In this document: positions 26,641-39,876 of the stretch, in pieces
Layout of the letters: each line of letters starts with the position of its first letter
Numbering within the stretch: position 1 is the stretch's first letter
Source: Camelus ferus
Taxonomy: Eukaryota
Direction: 5' to 3'
DNA: 64,000 bases
Assembly: GCF_009834535.1 (NCBI RefSeq)
Contig: NC_045697.1
Coordinates: 49,540,001 to 49,604,000 of the forward strand
Made by a program: the position numbers and the translations under genes
The notes under the pieces: model-generated
Seen by the model: the letters and a program-made list of their open reading frames with translations, nothing else
Told to the model about the DNA's origin: nothing
Databases searched by the model: none

Positions 26641-27545
26641 AGGCTATGAAAATAGTTTATGTGATTGATATTGAGAGCCAGAACTAATACCAACAATGGA
26701 AACCAAGAGAATTCATGGATTCCAGCTGTTTTTTGGCCTGGATGGTGTAACAGGTTAGGGAGAGAGATGAGTTCAGTACAAATTCTCTAGTTTCTTGCTT
26801 GACTGGAAAGGTGCTATCAACTGGCAAGAATCTGGGTCAAAAGGCAGTTAAAGGGAACGGCAGGGGCAAGCAGAATAAGGGTTGGACAATCGGAGATAAA
26901 TCAACTTTCGAACACTCTGAATTTAAGATACTTGTGAGAGATCTTGATATGGTGAAAATGTCCACTGAGCAGTTAAAGCTTGTAAGATACATCTAACTAG
27001 AGGTAAGATTTGAAAGTTATTCATGCACAGTTGTCAGTTAAAACCAAAGATGCATATATAATCTCTTAAAGAGAAACTGAAAGAACTAAAAATAGGCAGA
27101 GTGATCTTTCTCTTAATACATGTTCAGATGTAACACTTCACTCTATTAATACAGTTTATTTATTTAAAAAAATCCGCCAAAAAGTCTGGATAACTGATAT
27201 AACATAATACTCATATTACATTAGAGGACAGTACATTGTAGTATATCTAAGTGAAAATCAACAAGTCTTTTTGCCCAGTTCAAACTCCCAATTTTATGCC
27301 TTTAATTAGTAGTTACTTAATTCCACTTTTATATAACAGAAAACTCTCAGCCCCTGGGGGTTGAAATTGTCTGTCCTAATGTATGGCACAACAATTTGCA
27401 CCAAGTGTCCAATAACTATTGAAATGACAACTGAAAGTAAAAACTTAATAGCCTTAATATGTCTATCATTTCTGGAATAGTTACTCTAAAACAAATTAAT
27501 TAAAATTTCAAGAAAAATTAGGGAGAAAAATCATTAGAGACATAC

Positions 27546-27610
27546 CAATCTGTTTGTAAAACATGGATAAGATGTTCCATAGCTTGAATACCCACTTCCA
27601 AGCGATATTT
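27546..27610 (-). CDS. USO1: USO1 exon 3 (KYRLEVGIQAMEHLIHVLQTD + split codon)
   Basis: Acceptor gtgcag|AAA after a 77-nt intron, donor TTG|gtatgt. 65 nt, ends in phase 2. Confidence 0.96.
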
Positions 27611-27687
27611 CTGCACAAAAGAAAAATATTATTTAAGTAACTAATATCAATCTTAATGAACTTAATAACTGATAAAGTGTTACAGAC

Positions 27688-27774
27688 CTTAGATAATGAT
27701 TTGAGAGCACGCACAGCATTTCTTCGATCATCCAGTAAAGTAGATGAAGCTACTCTGTCACAAAGCTTTTGAAT
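27688..27774 (-). CDS. USO1: USO1 exon 2 (IQKLCDRVASSTLLDDRRNAVRALKSLSK)
   Basis: Acceptor taacag|ATT, donor AAG|gtctgt. 87 nt, in frame with exon 1. Confidence 0.96.
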
Positions 27775-30700
27775 CTGTTATGGAAAAATGAAATATCATT
27801 AACAGAATAAAAGGAACAAAAAAGAAAGTTTCCCCCCAAATTTATACTATTAATTTTGAGAAATAAAATCAACAAATGTGATGTCATAGAAACAGTATTT
27901 CACAAATCTAAATATGTATTTAGGTAATATTATAATCTCATTACAGAGATCAAACAGATTTTTCAGAGAGACTTGAAAAAAAGTGTGGAAGAGCAGTCAA
28001 ATAAAGTCAGTCATATAAACTGAGTTTGAGAAATTAGAACCAGAGCTTTCTAAACAAACTTATTATAACTTTTTGAACCATGAGGGGTGCATTATCCATT
28101 AGGATTATGGTAGAAAATGAGAAGTTAATAAATTTCTTAAAATAATGATTGCTTACATCATAACTTCACCCTGACACTTCCACTATATATTTGAACAAGA
28201 AAAGTCAGAACTATTTACCAAAAATTTAAAGTTTTAAGTGTGCCTCAAAATCTAGAAAGATCAAACGCTATTATAAAAGCTTTTAATAAATTTTGCAGGA
28301 ATTAAGATTAGAACTGAATTTAAAATAAACCATGGAGGATTACTGACAATAGGAAAAAACTGGAAACTGTCCATCAAAAGAAGAAAAACTAAATAAACTG
28401 TGGTACATTCTTCAGTGGGCTACTATGCAGCTACTCAAAAGAATTAACTGTGCTTACATGAAAACAGTGTGATTTAATAAATAGTGGGGGAAAAAAGAGC
28501 AAGTTGTAAAACTATGCAAATTGTGAGCCTTCTGTAGCAAAAGCACCAAACTGTATACGCAAATTTGCATTAAAAAAGAACTGGGTAATTTAAAATTCTA
28601 AAACTTCCAGAAGAAAGCACTGGAGAAAATCTTTGTGACCTTAAATTAGGCAAAGTTTTCTCAGACACATACTAAGAGTACAATCCATAAAAGAAAAACA
28701 TAATTTGTACTTCATCATTCTTGTTCTTCAAAAGACACTGTTAAGAGAATAAAAAAGATTAGCCACAGAATGAAAATGCCTGGAAAACACCTGATAAAGA
28801 ACAGTTTTTACTACTACTATATTCAGGTCCTTTTATAGCTCTAATAGTTACTGTTTTATTATGTTATTATTCATTCTTTAGTGACAGCTCTAATTAAGAT
28901 TCTATAAATAAGATTTTGGCATACCACAAACTTTTGCACCCTATGTGTTGGAATTAATGGTGTATAAATATTTTTTGTGTTTTCCAAACTATGTTCTGCA
29001 GATTTCTAGCGTCCCAGAAGATATTAATAGACTTTCTATGATCACAGAACCAGTGGGAAACACAAGGTTACACAAAATTAAATAGGTTTCTGCACTGCAG
29101 GATTTCTAAGTTTTTACTATCCTGATTTGCATTTCTTCATACTGTAGATGCAGTATGTTAACCAAGCCTAGCTTGACTTCGTTTTTATTCATTCTAACTG
29201 CTCACATTTAAAAATTATTTCTATCTTGAACTGCACTTTCTTCATCATAATTATACTGACTTTCCAAAATGGAAATAAAAATTTCTCTTTATTAAATAAC
29301 TGGTTGATACTTTATAATTTTTTTCTTAACCATGAAAAACTATGTAGTTATCTCTTAAAAACATGAGCCTCAGTACTCTCAGCTTAAAGAATTTTAGGGC
29401 AAAAATAGGTTTCCTAAGAATGATTATAATTTATTCTATTTGGGTCTTCTATATCTTTTGTTAATTTTTTTTCTAAGTAGTTTAGAGTTGTTATTACGAC
29501 CAGGAAGGCATTTTCTGCTTTTTCCTAGCCCTAGACCTCAAGTACTGTTTCCAGATCTGAGATTCCATCTTGCTTAGAATACTTAGTGCCAGTATCCTAT
29601 GAGGTATGAACTCTAGGGTCAGCCCCATCTTTGGTGAATAGAGAGACTTGTATCAGAATAAGAACTTCCATGTTTTGAAGCTCTTTAATCATTATTTGTT
29701 GAATGTGGAAACGTGAAAGCTATTTGATGCTGGTGGAGACACTTAGCTTTAGGAATATTGGAGGAAAATGATCATAATCCTACAATTTGGGGGTTTGCTT
29801 TGTTTTCACTTTCAATTTTTTGTGTTCTAACATGCAAACATTTGAGCCTTAATTTAAAAAAAAACTTTTGAGATATACACGAATATAATAATCTTAGTCA
29901 TTATGGAGATAAACGTAAGTTAGAATAGCAATGATGTTATTTTCAATTTTTCAGACTCACAAAAATTAAAGCAATAGTACTATATACTATATGATTCCAT
30001 TTTTATAAACAACAACACCAAGCAAAACTAATCTACACTATTAGGAGTCAGGATGGTGCTTACTCATGGGGCAAACAGTGATGGAGTAAGCACAAAAGAA
30101 CTTCCAGGGTGCTAGTAATATTCTGTTCCTTGATTTGGGTGCTGGGTGTGTTCAGGTTGTGAGGTTTACATACATGACATGCACACTTTTCTATATACTT
30201 TAATAAAATGAATTTTAAAATAGAACTCTACAGGACAGACAAAGATACAGATTAATAAACTTGTTTATATTCTATCAAAAGGAAAATAACCTAAAAAAGT
30301 GGCAGTTTGACAAAAGCTATTACAACTTAAAATACTCATACCCTTTCTGCCAGGCATTCTTACTTCTCGAAATTTATCCTTTAAAAACATGCCCACAACT
30401 ACACAATGTTATATAGTAGAATGTTCTTTGTAGCAATATTTTTAACGGCTAAAAAATAAACCTAGCTTCTGCCACATAAGAATATATTAAATAAGAAATC
30501 TGTGACCCAGAAGAGGGCCCTCACCAAACCATGCTGGCACCTTGATCTCAGACTTCCAGCCTCCAGAACTGTGAGCAATAAATTTATGCTGTTTATTGGG
30601 GAAAAAAGGAGGAGAATCTAAAGGTTCATTCATCAATCAGAAAACAATTAACTAACATATGGTACATATACACTATGCAGTTAATCAAATGAATGAAGCA

Positions 30701-31370
30701 GATCCAATGCACTGACATGAAAAGACATCTAAGATACATTAAGTGAAAAAAGAAAACTGTTAATAGTATTTAGTATGAACTCATTTTGGTTTAAAACTGT
30801 ATCATTAATAAACTAAGTGAACATGTATAGAAAAAAATTAAGACTATGCACCATACTGTCTTTTAGTGGTTGCTGAAAATATTCATTTTCTACATTATTT
30901 CTGATGTTTGAATTCTGATAATGAACAAGTATTACCTTTATAAACAGAAAAAGAGCAGTAATGGAATAAAGTGAAATGGTACTGGAATTTCTGGGGTATT
31001 TTCATGACTGAATAAATTCATCTTTTAGAGATGCTATCTTCACTCTACTGATCAAAATAACATGAAATCAACTTGTAATTGATAAAAATAAACTACCATA
31101 ATAAAAAATCCTCAATTGGCTCCCTGTTGCCTATAAGGTAAAATACAATTTTTTTAGATTAGAATGCACAGTCATTACTCAATCAATAATCACACACTGA
31201 GAACACATGTATTTGTTCTCGTGCTAACCGTAATAAGATACGGTCTCGACCACGAAGAACATGAACAGGAAGACAGTTGTGTAAATAAAGTATAACAAAT
31301 TAAAAGTATCTAAGTTAGTACTTGTAAAGCAGGTGCACAAAAATAAATCAATTCTATCTGAAAGTGAAAC

Positions 31371-31728
31371 TGCTACAGACTGAATGTTTACTTCCTGCAA
31401 AATGCCTATGTTGAAAGCCTAATCCCCAATGTGATGGTATTAGGAGGTGGGGCTTTGGGGATGTGATTAGGTCATGAGGGTGGTGCCCTCATGAATGGAA
31501 TTAGCACTCTTATGTAAGAGACCCCAGAGAACTCCTTCAAGCTTTCTGCCACATGAAGACACTGGAGAAGGTGGCGGTCTATGAACTAGGAAGCAGACCC
31601 TCACTAGACAAAGAATGTGCCAGCACCTTGATCTTGGATTTCCCAGCCTCCAGAACTATGGGAAATATGTTTGTTGTTTAAGCCAACTAGCCTATTACAT
31701 TTTTGTTACAGCAGCCCAGACTAAGACA
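31371..31728 (+). mobile_element. Solo MaLR LTR (MLT1A/MST-like)
   Basis: TG...CA ends (tgctacagactgaatg ... ctaagaca); flanks gaaac/gatac resemble a 5-bp TSD. Confidence 0.87.
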
Positions 31729-33904
31729 GATACTGTTTAAGAATGGTATTTAAACGATGCCACTCTAGAGTCAATAACTAAAGGATGAGTAGTTCCTCAG
31801 ACAATATTGGGAAGGAATGCCAAGCATAGAAAATAGCATTTCAGAATGAAGTTTTCTTATTTAGAATAAGAAAACTGGTCTAATTTGAGTTTTTTAATTT
31901 TACACAGTTATGAATTAAAACTAATTTTCCACTGTACACATACATACATATTTCTTCTATTAAAATAAGGGAGATTCTAAAATGTGAAAACTTTCCTTTT
32001 ACAATAATCTTAAATGCTTGTTATTTCTGGAAATGATAAGATCTAAAATAATGTGGAGAAAAACAGCAATATGTAAGATTAAACTGTTAGCTAAAACTAG
32101 ATTATTTTCTAATGAGTTCAAATTATATATCTCTTCAATAGGCTCTGATTAATAAGGAAATCAGTTTTTTTTAGAAGGCTGTAAAATGTAGCTTAAAAAT
32201 TAGTCATTACTTTAAAGTGTACTATTTATACATAGAGAAATAAAATCCATTCATCCTTGAGTTTGGATAAATATTATCGACTATTTTTAAGACTATAAAC
32301 ATGCTTTTTATCTATTAAACTTGGGTTACAGCGGCAAGTACATATTATTCTCAATTGGGGATTTTAATCAGAACTTTCTCTGTGACTTAAGACAATTAAA
32401 CTCAGATCAGTCAATCATACTGCAACCAGTAAGAGTCAAAAATGAATATAAGAACAACTTACTTATCTCAAACCATAATGAAGCTATTTCAGATACTTTC
32501 TGTCAAGCACCAAGATGGTCTTTTTCATTTTAGTGATTTCTGATGGCAATCTAAGACTAACTACAAGTTTCTCTGTCTTTTTAAACAAAGAACAAAATTA
32601 TACGCTTTTATAGCATTTAAACCTAAGTCCTCTCCAATATCAGATATAGGGATGCTTTAGATATTTAACTAAAATAACATAAAAGTCTTTGCATAGTACC
32701 TGGCACCTATAAATGTTCAATAAATGTTAACAAATTTTATTATTGCCAAACTTCTTATGACTACTTTGTATTAGCCTTCTAGCCTATCAGGATTTTGGCT
32801 GTCATTTCCATCATATATGTTTCTAATAGACCATTCAAATTTTGCAGATTTTAATTTGCTACTGAGTGAAAAATTTGATAAGTAAGCTAGATAGTAATAT
32901 CCCTACAACCCCAAATAATTCAGGCTTGAAATCAAGATTGAGTACATTTGCAACTTCTACTTTTGGTACGTGAAGGTCAAAAATTAAGCACTCACTGGAT
33001 ACAGACTGAAGTGCAGGTAATGGGTAATAAGAATGAAGCAAGCAGAAAAGTAGAGAAGCAGAATGAATGAGGATGTTATTGTCAGAAGGAAAAAGGACAG
33101 TATTTCAGAGTTGAAAGATGTTTATTCAGACTCTGTTATCAAAATGCTTTTATAGTCTATTAGAAGAGAGCACAATTAAGAAAAGCAACTAAAAATGTGG
33201 TTTTTAAAATAATTTCTAATAAAGTAGCTCTATGTTTTAACATGCAAAGATCTCCAAGACTATCAATCAATGAAAAAGGTAGGCTGTAGAACACTATAAA
33301 CACTGCATCATTTATTTAAAAAAAGATATAAATATGTTTATACAAATAATTCTACATTGCGTGATTATTCATAAAGGTCTGGAAGGAATTATACCGAACT
33401 AAGAATAGTGGTTATTTCCAGAAAAAGAAATGAAATTGGAGACTATAATCAAAGAAAACTTAAACTTTACTAGTATTATTAAAAAAAACAAAACACAAAA
33501 CAAGACACAAAAACAAAAAAAACTTTACTAGTATTATTTGCCATTTTGTAATAAAGAAAATAAAAAGGCTAATTAAGTAAAATAATATGTATAACATCTT
33601 GTAGCTCATGCAGGTGATTACATATCAGGACTCTTCTCTTCAATAATTGCCATGTGAGATTAATAATTCTACTTATTCAGAAAATATGAAAAGGACAAAA
33701 AAACCCCCACTAATAACCTGTAAATTGGGCATAATCAGAATTACAACCTAGTAACCTGAATTTAATGTTTATCTTGCTTACCAATGGTGCCATTTATTTT
33801 CATTCAATGATACACAAAGGAGACCAAAAAAGAAGCAAATGAAACAGGAGTGACTAGGAAAGAAAAAAGTGAGATGAGGAATGTGAAAATAAAAAACCAC
33901 AAAG

Positions 33905-34116
33905 TAAGGGACTGGCATTTCAAAATGCAGAATAGATAAACAAGATTGTACTGTGTAGCACAGGGAAATATATATAGGATCTTGTGGTGGCTCAAAGCAA
34001 AAGAGAATGTGACAATGAATGTATGTATGTTCATGTAAAACTGAAAAATTGTGCTCTACACTGGAATTTGACACAACATTGTAAAATGACTATAACTCAA
34101 TAAAAAAAAGTTAAAA
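33905..34116 (+). mobile_element. Young 5'-truncated lineage-specific L1 3' end
   Basis: gtactgtgtagcacagggaa...gacacaacattgtaaaatgactataactcAATAAA plus A tail; TSD aaaaaaccacaaag / aaaaaaccatgaag. Confidence 0.85.
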
Positions 34117-35096
34117 AAAAAACCATGAAGGGAGAAAAAAAGGTGGCATAAAACTAGGATGCTGAACGTACATTTAAAGCACACAGACATAATGTAGTTT
34201 GCAGTATTTTCTCACAATTCCTAGTAGAAATCCACTATATATATACATATGCATATATATATTTTTTAGTTTTTCACTATTTAACTGAGATGCAAAAATG
34301 AGTCAGTAATGCCAATTTTAAAAAACTGAATTCAACCATTCAATCCTTTATTCAACTAATATTTATCAACCACCCAATGCCAACTTACTTGATGATGTAA
34401 CTTTGCCTTCTTGAGGCTTAAAACATAGTTATACCTTCTTTGGAGAAAACTTCCTCAACCATAACTACAGGACTAAAATAATTCATGTTAACTAACAGTC
34501 AATTCATTTATATTGATTTAATGGAATTAAAAAATGACTGTTTTAGAATTCAAGAAAGAGCCACAAATTTGCTTTAAATTGAAATCTATAACTGAGAAGA
34601 TTTTACCAAACAAAGCAAAAGCCAGTCTTATCTTCAGATGATCTAAATTATTATAATCTAGAAAAGAAATAAAAAAGTAGGACCATTACCAAGTCAAATA
34701 CTAGTCTCTTTGCAGATAAATCCATAAACCTAACACAATCTATTTCCATTACAATTACCAATAAGTCAGCCAAGGTAATAACATACTGCTTCATTTATTC
34801 TCCATGCTTTCTTTAAGTAAAGAAAAATGCTTTCCAAAAGCACACCCATTTAAGCAAGGCATCATAAGGAAACTTGTCTACCAAATAACCTATCACAAAT
34901 GCTGGCATCTCAAGGTCTAATACTACAAAAGTTTTCAAAATAAAGGTGACTAACTTTTTATACAAAGAATGCTTATGGCATTTCTGCCTGAGGTATAAAA
35001 ATATAAGCATGCCTTTTCTATGGTATCTGCAATAGACAAAAACAGACAGAGCAGAATAAATAATAAGAGATAAATGTGTAAAAAGAAGAGGAATGG

Positions 35097-35250
35097 AGGG
35101 GAGGGTATAGCTCAGAGGTGGAGTGCAAGTTTAGCATGCACAAGGTCCTGGATTCAAACTCCAGTACCTCCACTAAGTAAACAAACCTAATTATTTCCTC
35201 CCCTCCAAAAAAAAAAAAAAAAAAAAGGAAAAGAAAAAAAATTTTTAAAA
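35097..35250 (+). mobile_element. tRNA-derived SINE (Vic-1-like)
   Basis: ggggagggtatagctcag...; poly(A) tail; degenerate TSD aagagga(a/g)tgg. Confidence 0.88.
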
Positions 35251-38200
35251 GAAAGAGGAGTGGTATTTGCTATCAAAAAATTTATATAGGAAATTCTTAT
35301 ATTCTCTCCTGAAAGATAATTCAACAGTGATTACAATTACTTGTCAAGCCATAAAGCATCAGGAATTATTTCTTAGGTATTCCAATGGGCAAGACATCAT
35401 GAACTCCATAAAGCTGATGATAATGAAGGACTTCTAAAATGTAGCATTCCTTTAAAAATATATCCTCTGGGACAATTTTACCCAAAATATGTTCCTCAGA
35501 ACACTAGACCTACGTGGTTTCCTGGAGGAAAAAAAAGGATATGATCCATTAGATCTGGCAAACACAATTTACTTTATATCTCCACCTTGAAAATATCTGA
35601 AAACAACATAGCGCCTGTTTAATAAATCTTGTATAAATTTTAGGTTTTTTGTTTTGTTTTTGACCATAACACAGTACACCTCTTTAGTAACAAAATCCTT
35701 TCGAGTATACTTACATTCTTTGGAATATACTTTGGTATGTAAATTTTAAATAATCTCCATGAATAACCTTCAAAAAAGTAGTTTTCAACAGACACTACTT
35801 AAATATAATAGACGTCTTTGGTTACCAAAATGTAAATCATTACTATGATTTTCTCTGACCTTGTTATTGTAAAAGAGCTAAGAGAGAAAACATACCAGTT
35901 ATGACACTGACCTGGTTATTAATGTAGAATATAAAACATGAATCCAAATATAGGAGCTTCAGGTTACTCATTTATAGTAACATGGTATATAATGTGCTTG
36001 ACTAAACCAAAACTATGTCTAAATTTAAGTGCACATTCCTTAATAACAATTTTTATTAAAAGAAACTACAGCTGTGCCTAAATCGTTAGCCCTCGTGCTT
36101 TTTAAGCCAGCTGACCAAAGTCTGATCTAAAAAGACATGCCTTAACAGTACAGTAATTCTGCAAACCTTTTCTGGACTTTCACAACTTTCACGCCTGGAG
36201 ACGCAACTTGAGAAGAGAAAACCCTCCCTGTGATTTATCATCAAATGTAATTAACACTTCTTTTGGGATTTTCAAGAAACTTGCTTTTTAAAAAAGGTAT
36301 TAGTTGGAAGGTAGATGCAAAATTAAGCATGACTGAGCCCTCAGAAAAATGAGTAGGATTTTTAATAAAAGTTAGTGTTTATTTGGACCTAGGAAAGTAT
36401 GTCAAGGCTAAAGAAGCCTCAGTCATCAGCAATCAGTGCCTTTCTCTACTGAAGTAAAAAAGAAATCAAATTTAAAAGTATTTGACTCTAAAATATGAAA
36501 AATTTAACATGAATGAAATTCTAGACTTAAAATATTCTGAACTTTATAGAATTACTGATACAAACAGAAAGATCTACTACTTTGTTTCTGAAGAACATCT
36601 TAATAACAGTTCAGAGTTAGTCTTAACTGAGAGTATGAAAGCTAGGTACTATATAATCAATAAGATAACTCTCACCCATATTTAGATGACACTTTAGTTA
36701 AAAGAAAGGAGGAAAGCAGTTAGAGCAGAGCAAATCTGAAAAATCCCTTAAGTAAAAGGTTTAAAATAATGAATTTCAATCAATCCAGAACTTTGATTCC
36801 TACAGTCTTTGAAGAGTATTGTTTTAGCACCTAGTAATTTGTAAACTGCCATGATTACAGATCTGTGATTTCTTCTGTAACACTACAATTAATTCATAAC
36901 AAACATTTATTGATATGGAAAAACAAAGATTAAAATACATATGAACACTCCCCTTAAGATAACTTAAGAGCCTAGAAGAGATGGGACATATTTAAAGGGT
37001 AGAAAATGACAGAAAGCTTAAGAAATGAAAAATCTAGTTAAAATGTAAAGATTTTCAGAAGGGGAAGAGACCACTGCAGTTTGGTGGGGGAAAGGGGTTA
37101 GGGGTGCAAATTAGGGAAGGCACTGATGATGGTCTTAAAGAAGAGGTAGACTTTAGACAATGAAAAGAGGCTTTCCATCAGAAAAAGATGAGAAAAGCAC
37201 AAAAGGCAGAAAACCACAATGAAAATAATTTAATTTTGCAGAAATGGACAAAACTTACAAAATACTAACTGATAATGCAGAATTTAGATGTCCCAAGCTC
37301 TGGCAACTAGAATATCTAGGTCACATCAAATCACCAATTAAAAGAGCTAATATTGTACCTAAACATTTTACTGATGCTCTATAAATACTTCTAAATTAGT
37401 GATCCATTATCCCTTATACCTATTATTCTTCCTGATGGAATGAGATGATGAAACAAATTTTATTCATACTGTACCTCAGAGTAAACTATTAATTCTCTTC
37501 AGAAGACCAATTAGTTTTCCAATTTTGAGTATACATGTTCAACATTAGGCAAGAACAAAGACTCCCTACTTTACTTTCAGCTTATGTATACAAGATACAC
37601 AAATAATACTCAAGCTCCATTTTGAAATCATGATATCAAAGCTATGTTGCTCCATTCACTATGGCAAGATCAAAGTTTTCTAGTCTCAACTCAGCAATAT
37701 TGTGCAAGTTGCTTTAGTGCTCTGTGCCTCCGTTTCCTACCTTGTAAAATGAGAGGGTTCAACCTGGATGATCTGCAAAGGGCCTTTCAGCTTTAAAATC
37801 CTCTACTCAATTAACTGGACATCATCTTTTCTACAGAAGTCACTGTGACAAGGCTAACTATAACAAAAAAAGAAACACTACTCTTCCCCTAAAAATGTAA
37901 TAAAAAAAAAAAAACCTAGCCTTTATTGACTAAGTGCCAGGATCTTTATATTTCTTATTTCATTTAATCTTCATTACACCCATCAGAGTAGGCATTTTCC
38001 TTGTTTTACTCATAGGGTGTTAGCCATCTCTTGCCTGTTCAATCCAATTAGGAGTGGAAGGCAAGGACTCCAAAGCAAGCTCTAATAAACCACACTTTAA
38101 AATTTGGTGCCTCAAACAAAAACATCAGACATAAAATGAATGAACAAAAGCTGAAGATGGGGGCTGTGACTATGGTAACTTAGAGAGAGCATGGTATTCT

Positions 38201-38369
38201 AGTAGGGCAACTCAGCTGCCTCATAGCCACATGGGAATGGACCAGCCAGATATGAGGTGTGTGTGTGTGAAAACTCCTGATTTTTCAAAAGAAGGAATAG
38301 CTCTAATTCAGATTTGTGAGATTAGTTTTATTATATTACATAAACTTACAAAATTCCCAGATAATTATT

Positions 38370-38620
38370 AAAATATGGGCATCAGTAGTAAAGCCTAGGC
38401 TTTGATGTAAGGTAAACTTTGGTTGAATCCTGGCTCCATTACTATCAGTATGACCTAGGTCAAGTTACTTCACCTCTCTAAGCCTCATTTCTTCATTTCT
38501 AAAGTGATGATACTATTACCTATCTTGCAGGCTGGTTAGGGATTTAAGGAGAATGTGGACTATAACGAGTTCAGCACAGTAACCACCGCAAGGTAAGAGC
38601 CTGACAAATGAAAGCTATTA
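38370..38620 (+). mobile_element. MIR SINE
   Basis: gaatcctggctcc; caagttacttcacctctctaagcctcatttcttcatttctaaa (MIR core). Confidence 0.8.
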
Positions 38621-39594
38621 TTTACTCTTCAGGATTCCAGCAACACAGAACATAGGATATATGTTCATAGACAACCCAGTTATGTTTACGAATACTATCC
38701 AAAGTTTACCTTTAAAATATCATACTTTGTTGCTATTTTGTAGATTCAAAATTACACTGAATTTCAGTTTATGTTTAAAACTGTCACACACTCATTTCTA
38801 ATCGAAACTAAGCAAAATTCGAAGTAAGTTTCTCCTAAACCTAAAATATAACCAACTTATTAAATACTATTTTCAGTGGCTAACAGTTTTTTAAAGTGAT
38901 GCTGCAAATAGTGTTACCATGAATTCTAAATAGGTTTCATGGAAGGGAAATGTGTTCCCAAGGCGGTTTGTGCGCAAGAGTCCTACAAAGTCCAAATGAG
39001 TATTTCCCAAATATATGGGTGAGCCTGAAAAACTGGGTCCTAACTAATAACACCTAACAGAACGACCTTCCTCCAGTTAAAGGGACAGGAGCAGGTGGTT
39101 TTGTGCCCCCAAACTATCGTATTATTCTTAGCCACTTGCTCTGGTTCAACAGCTGGGTTTTAAACCTTGCAGTCCTCCCCAAAGCCCCATTCCAGACAGC
39201 GAGGGTGGGAGCTGGACTTTAGGTTCCTCACCGCCAGTGGAGACACAAGCGAAACGGGGAGAGGCCCACTGCCCCGAGGGGAGTGGGAGACAGGTCAGGC
39301 CACCTCTGCCCGGGATAGATCGCCCGCGGACCACCACCAAGCGGCCTGCGGAGCATCGGGGCGCGGCTGCTGTCAGCAGGGCCGAGCCGCTGCGCTGGGG
39401 GCTGCCCTGGGGGCGTGAAGGAATACCTCTGGGGTTTCGGGAGACGTAGGGAGGCAAGAGGGCAAAGGGGGAGGCGGCGTGTGGAACCCTCGGGCCCATG
39501 GTGGGGCGAAGGAAGTGACCCCCGGACCCCTGAGTCCTCCGTCCCGGTTCCTACCCGGACCCTTCCCAAGTCCTGGACCCGCCGTTCCTCTCAC

Positions 39595-39660
39595 CGTCTC
39601 GGCTTCTGTGTGCTGTGGTCCGGCACTCTGACCCCCCATAACTCCGCGGAGGAAATTCAT
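39595..39660 (-). CDS. USO1: USO1/p115 coding exon 1 (MNFLRGVMGGQSAGPQHTEAET)
   Basis: ATG at 39660-39658 with A at -3. Translation matches the recalled p115 N-terminus. Donor ACG|gtgaga. 66 nt, phase 0. Confidence 0.97.
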
Positions 39661-39844
39661 TTTGCCGCTCAGCCACCGGCTCTACCGTCCCCTTCGAGAA
39701 AGAAAAGATAACTCCCCCTGTCCTCCCCAGGGCCTGGCTCCCAAGCCCGTACTCTGCACCCCTCAGCCGCCGCCACCACCGCCTCCTACTCGGCGGCCGC
39801 TCCAGCCGCCTAAGCCCGGAAACAGCCGCCACTGCCGGTCGAGA

Positions 39845-39856
39845 TGCGCATGCGCG
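39845..39856. promoter_or_regulatory. NRF1 motif
   Basis: TGCGCATGCGCG, an 11/12 match to the NRF1 palindrome TGCGCATGCGCA. Confidence 0.75.
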
Positions 39857-39859
39857 GGG

Positions 39860-39876
39860 ACGTGGCATTACGTGGC
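39860..39876 (+). promoter_or_regulatory. Tandem ACGTGGC motifs (GASE-like; TFE3 or CREB3/XBP1-type)
   Basis: ACGTGGC at 39860-39866 and 39870-39876. Confidence 0.6.

Noticed and set aside
27611..27687. 77-nt intron with a weak GTCTGT donor, considered as U12 intron or mirtron
   Set aside because: No GTATCCT 5' consensus and no end-to-end hairpin. It is a short U2 intron.
6620..34116. Most intronic L1 copies are antisense to USO1
   Set aside because: Well-known genome-wide orientation bias in introns.
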